A stretch of 64,000 nt of DNA from an uncultured bacterium (GCA_963801165.1 CAWDDT010000005.1:352001-416000), one strand, 5' to 3'; counted from the first letter of the stretch, positions 16,126 to 27,091 are shown. Translations and numbers: made by a program. The notes: generated by a model from the sequence alone, not told the origin.

Positions 16126-16887
16126 CTATGGCCCGGCCACGCTGGTGCCGCCGGCGAGCCCTGATCCCTGGCTGCGCCCCCTCGTTATCGCTCCCCCCTC
16201 GGTCAGCCAGAGCGTGAGCTCCTGCCTCGTCGGCGTGTGCAACGTCCCGTCGCTGACAAACAGCGCCCTATCGACGTAGTTGATCGCGGCGGGGTCGTGC
16301 GATGCCATCAGGACGGTTGTTCCGCTTCGCGCCGCCTGCTGGAGCAGGGTCAGGATGGCAGCCCCGGTTGTCGAGTCGAGCTCGCCGGTCGGCTCGTCGG
16401 CAAGCAGGTAGCCCGGCTCATGGACCATGGCTCGGGCGATGGACACCCGCTGCTGCTCACCACCCGACAGCTCGTCCGGCCGGTGATTGGCCCGGTCGGC
16501 CATGCCCACCGCATCCAACGCGGCGTCGACCCGATCCCGTGCCTTACGACCCCCGGTGCCCAGCAGCCGAAGCGCCACGCCGACGTTCTCGGATGCCGAC
16601 AGCAGAGAAAGCAGGCTTGCGCTCTGAAAGACGAATCCGAGCCGGGTCCGGCGGATCTCGGCGGTACCCGCCTCGGACAGGTTGTCGACCCGTTCCCCGT
16701 CGATACGGACCTCTCCCCTGTCCGGGTGCAGGAGCAGCCCCGCCATCTGCAGCAACGACGTCTTCCCGGAGCCGGAGGGGCCGAACAGGGCTACGAACTC
16801 GCCCGGCTCGGTAACGAGGTTGACGTCTGCTGCCCCAACAGCACCGTTGGGATAGACCTTCGAGACGCTTCTCAGCTCAATGGCCAT
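16126..16887 (-). CDS. ABC transporter ATP-binding protein (LolD/MacB-like)
   Basis: GPSGSGKT, LSGGEQQR, LADEPTGELD, SHD. Confidence 0.9.
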   Translation of the reverse strand: MAIELRSVSKVYPNGAVGAADVNLVTEPGEFVALFGPSGSGKTSLLQMAGLLLHPDRGEVRIDGERVDNLSEAGTAEIRRTRLGFVFQSASLLSLLSASENVGVALRLLGTGGRKARDRVDAALDAVGMADRANHRPDELSGGEQQRVSIARAMVHEPGYLLADEPTGELDSTTGAAILTLLQQAARSGTTVLMASHDPAAINYVDRALFVSDGTLHTPTRQELTLWLTEGGAITRGRSQGSGLAGGTSVAGP

Positions 16888-17719
16888 GGTCTTCCCCGGA
16901 CGGCTCGAGCAGTATTCCCTCGTCAACGACACGAGCCGAAACCCGGTCTTCGATCCCGGCTTCGATCAGCAGGTCACGTGGTATCTGAATCATGCCGCGC
17001 CGGTCGACGGCCAACAGCTCGTGCGTCTCGAATCTGCCCTGGGTCGCCATGCGCCCATCGGCGAGACGCACCACCCGGTCCGTCCGTTGGGCGAGGGCGA
17101 CATCGTGGGTGACCACCAGCACGCTGAGACCTCCCTCGTGGGCCATACGGCGCAGCAACTCGTAGATTCCGAGCGATGTCTCCGTATCGAGCTCCCCGGT
17201 CGGCTCGTCGGCCAGCAGCAGCTGCGGGCCGAGTGCCAGCGCCACACAGAGCGCCAGACGCTGCTGCTCACCGCCGGAGAGGGTGTTCACCTTGGCGTAG
17301 GCGCTGCTGCGCAGGCCAACGGCTTCGAGCAACGCCATCGCTCGCTTCTTCCGCTTACGGGTGGGAACTCCGGCAAGCAGCATGGGCAGCTCGATGTTGT
17401 TGAGCGTCTTGAGGTAGGGCAGCAAGTTGCGGGTGAAGTCCTGCCACAGGAACCCGACTCCCCGGCGGTAATAGGCGACGCGCTGGCGTGCGGTGAGATC
17501 GGACAGGTCGGCACCGGCGACCTCCACCCGGCCCGCCGAGGGCGTCTCGAGACCTGCCAGGATCTGCAACAGTGTCGACTTGCCGGCGCCGGACTTGCCC
17601 ACGATCGAGATGAACTCGCCCTTGTTCATGGCGAAGTCGAGACCCTGGAGGGCCACCACCTCCAGGTTGCCCTGCTTGTGGATCTTGATGAGGTTGTCAC
17701 ATTCGATGATCCGGGTCAT
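16877..17719 (-). CDS. ABC transporter ATP-binding protein (LolD-like) with a short AbrB-like tail
   Basis: GKSGAGKS, LSGGEQQR, DEPTGELD; C-terminal VDRRGMIQIPRDLL. Confidence 0.9.
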   Translation of the reverse strand: MTRIIECDNLIKIHKQGNLEVVALQGLDFAMNKGEFISIVGKSGAGKSTLLQILAGLETPSAGRVEVAGADLSDLTARQRVAYYRRGVGFLWQDFTRNLLPYLKTLNNIELPMLLAGVPTRKRKKRAMALLEAVGLRSSAYAKVNTLSGGEQQRLALCVALALGPQLLLADEPTGELDTETSLGIYELLRRMAHEGGLSVLVVTHDVALAQRTDRVVRLADGRMATQGRFETHELLAVDRRGMIQIPRDLLIEAGIEDRVSARVVDEGILLEPSGEDHGH

Positions 17720-20700
17720 CAGCGATCCACCTCTCGCAACACCTCGCTCATCCGTCTCACCGAGACCCTCCGCGTGGCCCACACTACGGAGAACACCAGC
17801 AGCACGCTGACTATGGCGATGTATCCGAGCAGCACGCTCCAGTTGACCGAGATGAGGATGGGCGGTTCGATGTCGGTGGCGGTCTCTCCGAGCTGGAGGA
17901 AGGGCAGCATCGCCCACATCAGCGCGATGCCGCCATATGTGCCGATCACCGCACCGAGTCCCAGCACCGCGATCTGCTCGACGGTGAAGGTGGCGGCAAC
18001 CCCGCGGCGCGGGAAACCGAGCGCCCGGAGCACGCCCATCTCCCGGGCACGCCGTGCCACCGCCAGCAGTACGTACCCGGTCACTCCGGCCAGGGCCAGA
18101 ACCACCGACACTGCCGCACCGACAAAGAGCACCGCGACCAGACCCACCTGGACCGGTCGGCTGGAGAACTCACCTACAGACTTCTTGAGTGTCACGATGT
18201 CGTCGGGCTCGTGACCGGCGGGGAACTGCGCCTCGATCTGCCGGACGGTGGCGTCGGTGTCGTCGGTCTCGAGCCACAGCTCCTGCGGCGCCTCCACCCG
18301 TGCCAGAGCTGATTGGTAGCTCCAGCTCGGGGTGCCGTTGAGCCAACCGTTCATAGCATCGAGATCGACGATCATGCGGCCCTCGCGACGTGAGTCGAGC
18401 ATGGCCGGAACCCGTCCGACGAAGCCTGCCACTTCCCCGTCGATCAGCTGGGAACCGACTGAGAAAGACGAGTGCTCGCCAACGTCGAGACCGGCGAACG
18501 CGGCAAGATCTTCGTCGACGAGCACTTCGAGATCGGCCAGCGGAGCCCGCAGCGCAGGCACGGATTCGTCGAGAACGTTCCTGACTCCAGGGCCGACCCA
18601 CAGCGTCGCCGTTCCATCCGCATAGAGAGGCGAGCTCCGGATCGTTGCATCGTCGGGGAACCCGACGTCATCGGGCACCTCTTTGTAATACGCATCGGCC
18701 GCTTGCGAGGCGGGGACGTCGGAGCGAAGCTCTAGATCGCCCGTCGGCTCCAACTCATCCACAGCGAACGGAACTTCCGACTGCCCGACCAACCGGAAGT
18801 TGCGGAGCAGCATCGACTCGCCGTTCAGAACCGTGCTGCCTCCGAATTGTGATCGCTCCACCCACAGAGCGTGGACGGTCAACGGCGGCGCCGGATCGGA
18901 CAGGTAGTCGTTGAGACCTTTGGTGAGGTCGAACTCAACGGTGGTCCACTTCGAGTCGACGAAGTCGTTCTCGGCCTGGATGGTCCATGGCCTGCCTTTG
19001 GCATCGAAGGCTTTCATCATCATCCGCAAGCTCGCATCGGGCTTCTCGTCTCCGAGCTCCGCCTGTTCTCGCCAGCTCTTTGGGATTACGACACCGTCCA
19101 CCAACAACCTGGTGGCGTCTGCTGGCAGCTCGACCCCGAGGTCCGGGGCTACCCCGTCGGGCCGCAGCGCCGAGAAGACTTCGCCGGGGCTATCGGCTCC
19201 GAAATCGGAACGCCAGGACACGACGGCGGAAAACTCGTCCGGCCGGATAGCCAGAACTTCGGCCCGGCGGTTGCTCTGACGTGGGGCGCCGTCGGTGCGG
19301 TATACCGCGGCTCCGAGCGCACCCTCAGGCACGTCGAGAAAGCCGGCCTGATCGGCGACGACCCTGACGTCGCTGCCGGAGACGAAGGCGGCCCTGTCCT
19401 GGAACGACTGATTTAGCGTGCCGGCATAGGTGAGCGCGAAAGCGCCCAGCCCCGTGGTCAGCCACACGAGAAGCGCCAACCGACCGTAAGGAACCGGGTT
19501 GCGACCCAGGTGCCACCCGGGGAGGGCCAGCGACAGACCGCGCACCCTGGTCATCAGCCAGCCCACGACCCGCAGGACGAACGGCAGCAGCCGCAGCAAG
19601 ACGAGTGCCCCGGTGAACAGCAACAGCACGGGGAACACGACGGCAAGGGCATCGAGCCGCACCTCTCCTCCCGTTGTGTTGATGAACCCTCGTTGTGCCA
19701 GCTGGAACAGGATGACGAGAGACATTGCGATGGCGAATAGATCGAGGTTGTAACGCTGCCAGATCGAGCTCCCGGATGGTCTCGCCGCCAACGACCGCAG
19801 CTCGAGCACGGGACGTCTGGCGACGGGGAGTATGGCCAGACCCATCGAGAGGAATGTCACGACTGCTCCCCCGAGCACATACGGCGTGATCGAGGCAACC
19901 TGGGAGACTTGTAGCGCCTGCTGTCCAGTCAGGTCCGAAAGCGGCGGCACCCGGCCGGTGACCTCGACGAGCAACCTGGCCACGTAGGGTGCGACCGCGG
20001 CGGCGATGGCGGCGACAACTGCCGACTGTGCGAGGTGGATCCCGGTGGTCTGCCAGGTGCTGGCGCCGCGGGTCTTGAGGAGGGCTATCTCAGGCCCCTC
20101 ACGCTCCAGTGTCAAGGCGGCGGTGTAGATCAGGAAGTAGAGGGCGCCGCCCACAACGAGCGCGAGGATCGCCAGGATCGGAGCACCAACCGTTACCGAC
20201 CGAACGTCGAAGGCATCGAGCAACGAGATCAGCAGGGTCTGGGCCGCCACCTCGCCCCCGCTTTCCTGGCTGATTTTCGCTCGAAACGCGCCCGCCGCTC
20301 CCCGCAGGGCGTCGACCTCCTCCAGCTGGAGCGCATCCGGGTCGAAGTCGATAATCCAGCGCTGGCCCGCGGAAATATCGGGAAAACCGCGGGAGTTACG
20401 CAGCCACGGGTCCTGGGACGATGCAATCGCTACCGGTGCCATCCAGGCGTCGAAAGTCTGTTGGGGTAGGTAGACCATCCGCAAGGGGTCGTCGAGACCC
20501 CAGATCTTCTCTCCTCTGTCGACCGGTGCCACGATGGCTGCGATCTCGACCACTTCGAAAGTGTCGGGGTGTCCTGAAAACGGCTTCATGATGAACACGT
20601 CCCCCACCCCGAGACCGGTGAGTCTCGCCACGTCCTGCCCGACCATGATCGGGAGCGGTGCGGCATTGTCGCCACCCGGGGCTTCGAGCGCCGTCTCGGG

Positions 20701-21252
20701 CCACGCGCCCTCTACGACCTGAACATGCTGGTCGAGGGTCGGGCTGGTGAACAGCCGGATCTGGAGCGCCTCCTGGGGTGGTGTGGGGTAGGGAGGAGGC
20801 GGCACCTCCTGCGGCTCCTCCGTCAGGTTGAGCTTGGAGTTGGCCAGCTCGATCTCGGCCTTCTGCTTCTTCCACTCATTGGCGCGGCCTATCCAATCAA
20901 CTGCTCCCCCGGTGGGGATGACGACGAACTCGCGGGTCTGGGTGCGCTCGACATAGGTCGGGTACCACTCGGAGATGGTCGAGGACTGCAGATTGGTTAC
21001 TAGCTTGCGGTTGGCGGCGGCGTCGGTGGAGAGGTAGTCGGTGGTCCGCCACCCGACCTCGAAGTCGACCTGATCGGCGAGCGCGCTATGAGTGGAGAAG
21101 CGCAGATCAACGGCTCTGACCGAATCCTGGTAGAGGGGAACGACAACGAGCAGGGCGATGACCAGAGTTGCCCCAAGCAACGACCCGATGAGTATCCCGC
21201 GCTTGGCCCACAAGCGCCGCGCCACAAGCCCAATGTAGGTGACGAGCTTCAC
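17719..21252 (-). CDS. Large FtsX-like ABC permease
   Basis: 1177 aa; two FtsX-type TM blocks (EIALLKTRGAS; REMGVLRALGF) with large extracytoplasmic loops. Confidence 0.88.
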   Translation of the reverse strand: MKLVTYIGLVARRLWAKRGILIGSLLGATLVIALLVVVPLYQDSVRAVDLRFSTHSALADQVDFEVGWRTTDYLSTDAAANRKLVTNLQSSTISEWYPTYVERTQTREFVVIPTGGAVDWIGRANEWKKQKAEIELANSKLNLTEEPQEVPPPPYPTPPQEALQIRLFTSPTLDQHVQVVEGAWPETALEAPGGDNAAPLPIMVGQDVARLTGLGVGDVFIMKPFSGHPDTFEVVEIAAIVAPVDRGEKIWGLDDPLRMVYLPQQTFDAWMAPVAIASSQDPWLRNSRGFPDISAGQRWIIDFDPDALQLEEVDALRGAAGAFRAKISQESGGEVAAQTLLISLLDAFDVRSVTVGAPILAILALVVGGALYFLIYTAALTLEREGPEIALLKTRGASTWQTTGIHLAQSAVVAAIAAAVAPYVARLLVEVTGRVPPLSDLTGQQALQVSQVASITPYVLGGAVVTFLSMGLAILPVARRPVLELRSLAARPSGSSIWQRYNLDLFAIAMSLVILFQLAQRGFINTTGGEVRLDALAVVFPVLLLFTGALVLLRLLPFVLRVVGWLMTRVRGLSLALPGWHLGRNPVPYGRLALLVWLTTGLGAFALTYAGTLNQSFQDRAAFVSGSDVRVVADQAGFLDVPEGALGAAVYRTDGAPRQSNRRAEVLAIRPDEFSAVVSWRSDFGADSPGEVFSALRPDGVAPDLGVELPADATRLLVDGVVIPKSWREQAELGDEKPDASLRMMMKAFDAKGRPWTIQAENDFVDSKWTTVEFDLTKGLNDYLSDPAPPLTVHALWVERSQFGGSTVLNGESMLLRNFRLVGQSEVPFAVDELEPTGDLELRSDVPASQAADAYYKEVPDDVGFPDDATIRSSPLYADGTATLWVGPGVRNVLDESVPALRAPLADLEVLVDEDLAAFAGLDVGEHSSFSVGSQLIDGEVAGFVGRVPAMLDSRREGRMIVDLDAMNGWLNGTPSWSYQSALARVEAPQELWLETDDTDATVRQIEAQFPAGHEPDDIVTLKKSVGEFSSRPVQVGLVAVLFVGAAVSVVLALAGVTGYVLLAVARRAREMGVLRALGFPRRGVAATFTVEQIAVLGLGAVIGTYGGIALMWAMLPFLQLGETATDIEPPILISVNWSVLLGYIAIVSVLLVFSVVWATRRVSVRRMSEVLREVDR

Positions 21253-21316
21253 GTCATGACGTCCCTTGCCTCCGGACCGGCATCACCTTAGTCCCGACCC
21301 CGTCCGGGGAACCAGG

Positions 21317-22435
21317 TCATACGCCCTGGAGATCGAGCTCGACCGCACGCACACAGGCAACCTCGCCGGGAGGGGCGGGCAGCAACGGCGGAGCGGCCTC
21401 CGAGCAGCCGGCGACGGCGTAGGGGCAGCGGGGCACGAGGGTGCATTCGCCCTCGGGAACGTCTGTGAGCTTGGGCACGTCACCGGCGATGGGACGAAGC
21501 CGGCTGACCCCGGGCCGGGGCAGAGCACCGAGCAAACCTTCGGTATACGGATGCTGCGGGTTACGGAACACCGCGTCCACCGGACCGGTCTCCACGATCC
21601 TGCCCCCGTACATGATCGCGACCCTGGTGGCCAGTGATGCCACCCGGGCGAGGTCGTGGGTGATGAAGATCATCGCCATTCCCCGCTCCCGGGTCATGTC
21701 TCGGATGAGATCGAGCACCGCGGCCGCAACGGCCGAGTCGAGACCGGTCAGCGGCTCGTCGGCCACGAGCAACCGGGGACCTTTCACGAGCGCCGCAGCC
21801 AGCATCGCCCGCTGTGCCTGCCCACGGCTCAGCTCATTGGGGAACGCCAGGTATTTCGACGTCTTGGGCAGCTTCACCTGACCGAGCGCATCGAGAACCC
21901 GCTCTTCGATCTCACCCAAGGACAGCTCGGTGTGGGCATCGAGCGCCTCTCCCGCCTGCTCACCGATGATCTCCACCGGGTTCCAGCCGCCGATGGCATC
22001 CTGGAACAGAACGCCCACCTCGGTCCCCATGATCCGCCGCCAATCGTCGTCAAGCAGCTCCTCCAAGAACCTCTCCCGCTTGCGTGGCCTGCGCCGGCGC
22101 CACCGCCTGGAGGCGCGCTGATCCTCAGTTGCGGTAGGACGGATGCGCGTCCCATCGAAGGACACCTCACCGCGAACCACCTTCGCTCCCACACCGAGTA
22201 GCCCGAGACTCCCCATCGCCGCCAGCGTCTTGCCGCTGCCCGACTCGCCGACGATGGCGAGCACCTCCTCCGGGTAGACGGAAAAGCTGACGTCTTTGAT
22301 CGCATCGACCCACCCGTATGGGAGCATCGGTCCGTACGGCTCCACCATCACGCCTCTCTGGCTGCGCCGCCGGGCGGCCTCGAGGTCGTACACGGCGACC
22401 CCCAGGTTCTGTACCTCAAAGATTGGCCGGGGCAC
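21317..22435 (-). CDS. Oligopeptide/dipeptide-type ABC ATP-binding protein (DppD-like)
   Basis: GESGSGKT, DEP, ITHDL, HPYT and C-terminal Cys cluster; GTG start with GAGGAGG RBS. Confidence 0.82.
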   Translation of the reverse strand: MPRPIFEVQNLGVAVYDLEAARRRSQRGVMVEPYGPMLPYGWVDAIKDVSFSVYPEEVLAIVGESGSGKTLAAMGSLGLLGVGAKVVRGEVSFDGTRIRPTATEDQRASRRWRRRRPRKRERFLEELLDDDWRRIMGTEVGVLFQDAIGGWNPVEIIGEQAGEALDAHTELSLGEIEERVLDALGQVKLPKTSKYLAFPNELSRGQAQRAMLAAALVKGPRLLVADEPLTGLDSAVAAAVLDLIRDMTRERGMAMIFITHDLARVASLATRVAIMYGGRIVETGPVDAVFRNPQHPYTEGLLGALPRPGVSRLRPIAGDVPKLTDVPEGECTLVPRCPYAVAGCSEAAPPLLPAPPGEVACVRAVELDLQGV

Positions 22436-23294
22436 CAAGCACCTCCTCATCCGCCCGGTCACCGGCAGCCAGAAGGCCACCGGCGATCACCAACCCTATA
22501 CCGAGCCACTGCCATCGCGAAGGTGTCTCGTCGAGAAACACCAGTGCCAGTACGACGGCAGACGCAGGCTCCACGTGCATCAGCACGCTCACCACCGCAA
22601 CTGGAAGCTCGCTCGTGGCCGTCCAGAAGATGAGGAACCCGAGCCCGGTCAGCACGATTCCCAGGATCAGCAACGGCACGGGATCGTCTCTGAGCCCCCC
22701 GACGGCCGAGCCGAGAAACGGGGAGAGAACGATCGACGCGGTGATCATCTCTCCTGTAGTGACGGGAAGTGGACCGACAGCATCGACCGCGGCCTTTGAT
22801 ACGAGTAACAGCGCGGCGACTGTTAGCGCCGAGACGATGGCTACCACGACCCCGCGTCCGGTGGTTGCGGTGGCGTCGCCACCTTCGGAGGCCACGACGA
22901 AAACGACGCCGGTGAACGCCACGGCAAGGGCCCCGTAGACCCGCGGGCGAACGCGCTCGCTGAGGAAGTACGGAGCCAGGACCGCGGCGGAAACCGGACC
23001 CAGGTAGACAACGGCAAGAGTCACCGCGACCGACGTCAGCTTCAACGCCCAGAAGAAGGTCGCCCAATGAACCGCAAGAAGAACACCGGCGACGGCGATC
23101 TGTGGCCGGTGGGTGGCCGGCAGCCGCAGACGCCTCCGTGCGATCATGATCGCCAGCAGGGTCATCGCCCCCAACCAGACCCGAACGGTCACCAGCCCTT
23201 GCCAGGGAACGTCTTCGCGAACGATCAGCGGGATCGCTCCCCAACCGACGGCAAGCGCCGACAGGGCGATCATGGCAAGCGAGCGTCGCGACAT
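22416..23294 (-). CDS. DMT/EamA family transporter
   Basis: 10 TM in two EamA repeats; AVHWATFF, HVEPASA. Confidence 0.88.
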   Translation of the reverse strand: MSRRSLAMIALSALAVGWGAIPLIVREDVPWQGLVTVRVWLGAMTLLAIMIARRRLRLPATHRPQIAVAGVLLAVHWATFFWALKLTSVAVTLAVVYLGPVSAAVLAPYFLSERVRPRVYGALAVAFTGVVFVVASEGGDATATTGRGVVVAIVSALTVAALLLVSKAAVDAVGPLPVTTGEMITASIVLSPFLGSAVGGLRDDPVPLLILGIVLTGLGFLIFWTATSELPVAVVSVLMHVEPASAVVLALVFLDETPSRWQWLGIGLVIAGGLLAAGDRADEEVLGAPANL

Positions 23295-23503
23295 CGCCTC
23301 AGACTAGGAGCGAGACCAGAACCGGTGTTGTCGCACGGACCAGTCACTTCAGAAAGAAGAGAAATGGTCCTTTCGCGGAACGGCATACCTGCCGACAGAA
23401 GGGGTACATAACCCGGGCGGTTTGTTCCAACTCCACGGGAACAACTTAGGAGGTCCCCTTCCCTCCGACTCATCCTCAGAGCGGCCGTCGGGGTATTGCG
23501 CAG

Positions 23504-23534
23504 ATGCAGCCCCCCTCGTGGGGGCTGCATTTTT
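23504..23534 (+). terminator. Intrinsic terminator hairpin
   Basis: ATGCAGCCCCC-CTCGT-GGGGGCTGCAT 11-bp stem followed by TTTT on the + strand. Confidence 0.7.
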
Positions 23535-23654
23535 CTCAGCCCTACTCAGGTACCCATTCGCAATCCGCAAGCAGGCATCGTTGCCGGAGTTATGCCGTTG
23601 AGCGTGTTTCTAGAAGTAACTGCGTGAGTATTCGCCCGCAGGGCGAATGCGCGT

Positions 23655-24788
23655 CTAGCCCCAGACGACACCGAGCTCGCCGCTCAGGACCATGGCGGCG
23701 GCTCCGAGAACAACTCCCGACGATCCCAGGCGTGTCGTGGTCACCTCGGGACACCAACCGGCTCGCGACGCGATGCCCTTTGCGACATGATCGGGAACCG
23801 ACGCCCACTCGCCCATCTGGCCACCGACCACCACCCGGTCGGCATCGACCGCCATGACAATCGGCGCCAGCGCCTCCCCCAGGTACTCGGCTGCCCGATC
23901 GATCCCGGGTGTCGTCTCGACCGCCAGCCGTTTCCTGGCCTCGGTGCTGATATCGAGTTGATCCGCGCCCAGAATCTCGATCATGGACACCCGTGACCCG
24001 AGGCAGCCTTCTTGCCCACAGCCGCACGCATCTCGCCACCCGGGCATACGCAGGTGGGTGAGATCGCCACCATGGGTCGGAGTGGGGTTGAGCCGATCGT
24101 TGGTGACGAGCGCCACCGAGATCCGATCGTCCACTTTCACATACACCATCCGGCCGAGAGGGTCCGACCCGGTGCGGCCAACTTCAGCTGCGGCGGCAGC
24201 CTCGGCGTCGCCCACGACATAGCAGGGCAGGCCGTACACGTCCTCGAGCTCGTCACGTAGGGGGGCGTCGAACCATTCCAGCTGTGCGGCAGCGACGATG
24301 TGACCATCGGCGGCGACGGTGCCCGGCACACCCAATCCGATGCCGAGCGCCGGCGTGGTCGCCGTCCCCATCAGGTCGGCAATGACACGGTGCAGCTCCT
24401 GCATTGCGACCCGGCCGACCGCGGCAAGGGTCTTACCGGTAGCCCGCGCCTCGATCCGACCCCGCAGGTTCAGCAGTGCCGCCTCGATCGGATGTCGCGA
24501 CAGATCAACGGCCAGAGTGACCCGACCGGCCGGGTCGAGCTCGAGCATCGTGGGGGGCTTACCACCGGTCGATTGTCCTGGCCCGGACTCCACTATGAGT
24601 CCCTGACCAATCAGGTCGGCAGCGATCTCCGAGACGGTTGCCCGGCCCAGCCCCGTAGCCCGGGCGAGATCGGCCCGACTGATCGGTCCCGCGTCGAACA
24701 CGCTCTGCAGCAGCAGCCGGCGATTGCTGCGTCTGGTTTCCTCGTGCAGGGTCTTGCCCTGCGGGTGGAGCCCCGGAGTGAGAGTCAT
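23655..24788 (-). CDS. ROK family transcriptional regulator
   Basis: HTH SRADLARATGLGRATVS, GGKPP, GVPG, CGCGQEGC. Confidence 0.88.
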   Translation of the reverse strand: MTLTPGLHPQGKTLHEETRRSNRRLLLQSVFDAGPISRADLARATGLGRATVSEIAADLIGQGLIVESGPGQSTGGKPPTMLELDPAGRVTLAVDLSRHPIEAALLNLRGRIEARATGKTLAAVGRVAMQELHRVIADLMGTATTPALGIGLGVPGTVAADGHIVAAAQLEWFDAPLRDELEDVYGLPCYVVGDAEAAAAAEVGRTGSDPLGRMVYVKVDDRISVALVTNDRLNPTPTHGGDLTHLRMPGWRDACGCGQEGCLGSRVSMIEILGADQLDISTEARKRLAVETTPGIDRAAEYLGEALAPIVMAVDADRVVVGGQMGEWASVPDHVAKGIASRAGWCPEVTTTRLGSSGVVLGAAAMVLSGELGVVWG

Positions 24789-24806
24789 TGTCTTGGGTCG
24801 ACAAGC

Positions 24807-24835
24807 AAACGGCGCCCGGATTCCGGGCGCCGTTT
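24807..24835 (-). terminator. Hairpin terminator after the sugar ABC ATPase
   Basis: AAACGGCGCCCGGA-T-TCCGGGCGCCGTTT perfect inverted repeat just past the stop codon. Confidence 0.7.
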
Positions 24836-24852
24836 CTCATCGTGACCGTTGG

Positions 24853-26064
24853 CTACGCTTTGGCGCCTATCCGCGTGCCTGTGGACGGATCGAAGAAGTG
24901 CATCTTCGAAGTGTCCACGGTGACCGTGATCTGCTCTCCGAGCGACACCGGCACATCCGAGCTGACACGGGCCGTGAACTTGGTCGTGTTACCCAGCGAG
25001 GACACGTCGGCACCGGTGTCGGCGAGGAGTTCCTCGATATCGGGGGTCACCACAGGGGTAACTTCGAGCTCGAAGTGCACGTACGTCTCGGAACCGAGAA
25101 TCTCCGCAACGGTCACCGTGGCGGTGATGGTCCGGTCCTGGGCGGGGCCGGTGATGGACTCGGCCTCGAAGTTGCCCGGACGAATGCCCATGACGAGCGG
25201 CTTGCCTACCCAGTCGCGGAGACCGGGGTGCCGTTCGATGGCGGCTGCGTCGACAACGACACGCTCGTTGGCGAACTTCACGTATAGGCCGGTGGCATCG
25301 GTTTCGAGAGTCGCGTTGGCCATGTTCATGGCAGGGCTGCCGATGAAACCTGCGACGAACATGTTCACCGGATTGGAATACAGCTCGGTCGGTGAGGCAA
25401 CCTGCTGGAGGTTGTCCGGTCGGGCCGCGCTGACCGGCTTGAGAACAGCAACCCTGTGACCGAGGGTCATTGCCTCGATCTGATCGTGGGTCACATAGAC
25501 GGTGGTGGTGCGGAGACGATTGTGTAGCTCGCTCAGTTCGGTCCGCATCTGGACGCGCAGCTTCGCATCGAGGTTCGACAAGGGCTCGTCCATGAGAAAA
25601 GCCTTTGGCTCGCGAACGATGGCGCGGCCCATCGCGACACGCTGCCGCTGCCCTCCGGAAAGAGCCTTCGGCTTGCGGTCGAGGAAGTCGGTGATCTCGA
25701 GTACCTGGGCGGCTTCCTTGACACGACGATCGATCTCGTCCTTGTCCATCTTCCGCAGCTTCAGACCGAATGCCATGTTGTCGTACACCGTCATGTGCGG
25801 GTACAGGGCATAGTTCTGGAACACCATGGCGATGTCGCGGTCCTTAGGCTGAACGTCATTGACGAGGGTCTCGCCGATGTACATCTCGCCTTCCGAGATC
25901 TCCTCGAGCCCGGCGATCATCCGCAGGATCGTGGACTTGCCACAACCCGACGGGCCCACCAGCACGAGGAACTCACCGTCTTTGATCTCGAGATCGACGT
26001 CACCGACGGCGCGGGTGCCGTCCGGATAGATCTTTCCGAGATCCTTCATCGTGATACTTGCCAT
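24853..26064 (-). CDS. Sugar ABC transporter ATP-binding protein (MsiK/MalK/UgpC family)
   Basis: [43 protein letters not shown] tail. Confidence 0.93.
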   Translation of the reverse strand: MASITMKDLGKIYPDGTRAVGDVDLEIKDGEFLVLVGPSGCGKSTILRMIAGLEEISEGEMYIGETLVNDVQPKDRDIAMVFQNYALYPHMTVYDNMAFGLKLRKMDKDEIDRRVKEAAQVLEITDFLDRKPKALSGGQRQRVAMGRAIVREPKAFLMDEPLSNLDAKLRVQMRTELSELHNRLRTTTVYVTHDQIEAMTLGHRVAVLKPVSAARPDNLQQVASPTELYSNPVNMFVAGFIGSPAMNMANATLETDATGLYVKFANERVVVDAAAIERHPGLRDWVGKPLVMGIRPGNFEAESITGPAQDRTITATVTVAEILGSETYVHFELEVTPVVTPDIEELLADTGADVSSLGNTTKFTARVSSDVPVSLGEQITVTVDTSKMHFFDPSTGTRIGAKA

Positions 26065-26245
26065 AACCCCTCTCTAGGTCGACGGCTTTGATCGGAACCC
26101 ATACTAAGTCCTTTGCACCAAGATTGCACATCGATTGTCGTGGGGCGCCCGAGGACCAATCGACCCCACCGGACGTCGCCTCGCCGAACCATCTTCGGGA
26201 CGAATGCCCCTATGAGGGGGACCGGCTGGGGGAGAAGATTCTGGT

Positions 26246-27091
26246 ATGCAACGCCGTTTTTACGACTGTCACACTCATCTGTTCCCGACAGATCGCATGG
26301 ACGGATTGATGCGTTGGGTCCATCGCGCCGTATTGCATTTCGATGTCCCGATAGACATCACTGCCGAACAGGCTGTCACCGATCTCCTCGATGCCGGCGC
26401 TGTCGGCCTGGCGAATCTCCTGTTTCCGCTCAGCCCCGACGAGGCACCCGGTCTCCATGCCTGGGGACGCCAACTGGCGGACCGATTCCCCGAGGTCGTA
26501 CCGTTTGGCGGAGTCCACGTAGACGACCAGAACCCGCTCGGCGTGGTGCAGGAAGCGGTCGAGGTCTACCACATGGCGGGTTTGAAGTTCCACCCGATGG
26601 TGCAGGGTTTCTACCCGTGGCACCCGCGTCTGGCGGCGGTGTTGTCGTATCTGAATAGCCGTGGGCTGCCCATGTACGTGCACACCGGCTATGACAAGTG
26701 GTACGGCTTCGAGTACGACCGAGTCGGGCTCGAGGAAATGCTCGATCGCTATCCGGAGCTGCCGGTGGTGCTGTCCCACGTCGGTTTCCCCGATCTCAAG
26801 TGGGGATTCGCATTGGCGGATCGGTTCCCTCAGGTGTGGCTCGATCTCACCAACCTCCCCGGATCGTTCGATTGGTCGAACTCCCCGTCCGAGCTGGTCA
26901 ACATGTTCCAAACCGGAGTAGGCCTGTTCTCCGACCGAGTATTGCTGGGAACCGACTACCCGGCAGGGATCGGAACACTGGACGAGATCTTCACGCAGCT
27001 CGAGTCGATCGGTCTCGACGACGGCCTCGTAGAGCACGTGCTGGTGACCAGTCCCGAGAGGTTCTTCACCCGCTTTGGGAGTCGGGGCTGA
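26246..27091 (+). CDS. Amidohydrolase family 2 protein
   Basis: DCHTH, GLKFHP, VHTG, SHVG, LGTDYP. Confidence 0.87.
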   Translation: MQRRFYDCHTHLFPTDRMDGLMRWVHRAVLHFDVPIDITAEQAVTDLLDAGAVGLANLLFPLSPDEAPGLHAWGRQLADRFPEVVPFGGVHVDDQNPLGVVQEAVEVYHMAGLKFHPMVQGFYPWHPRLAAVLSYLNSRGLPMYVHTGYDKWYGFEYDRVGLEEMLDRYPELPVVLSHVGFPDLKWGFALADRFPQVWLDLTNLPGSFDWSNSPSELVNMFQTGVGLFSDRVLLGTDYPAGIGTLDEIFTQLESIGLDDGLVEHVLVTSPERFFTRFGSRG

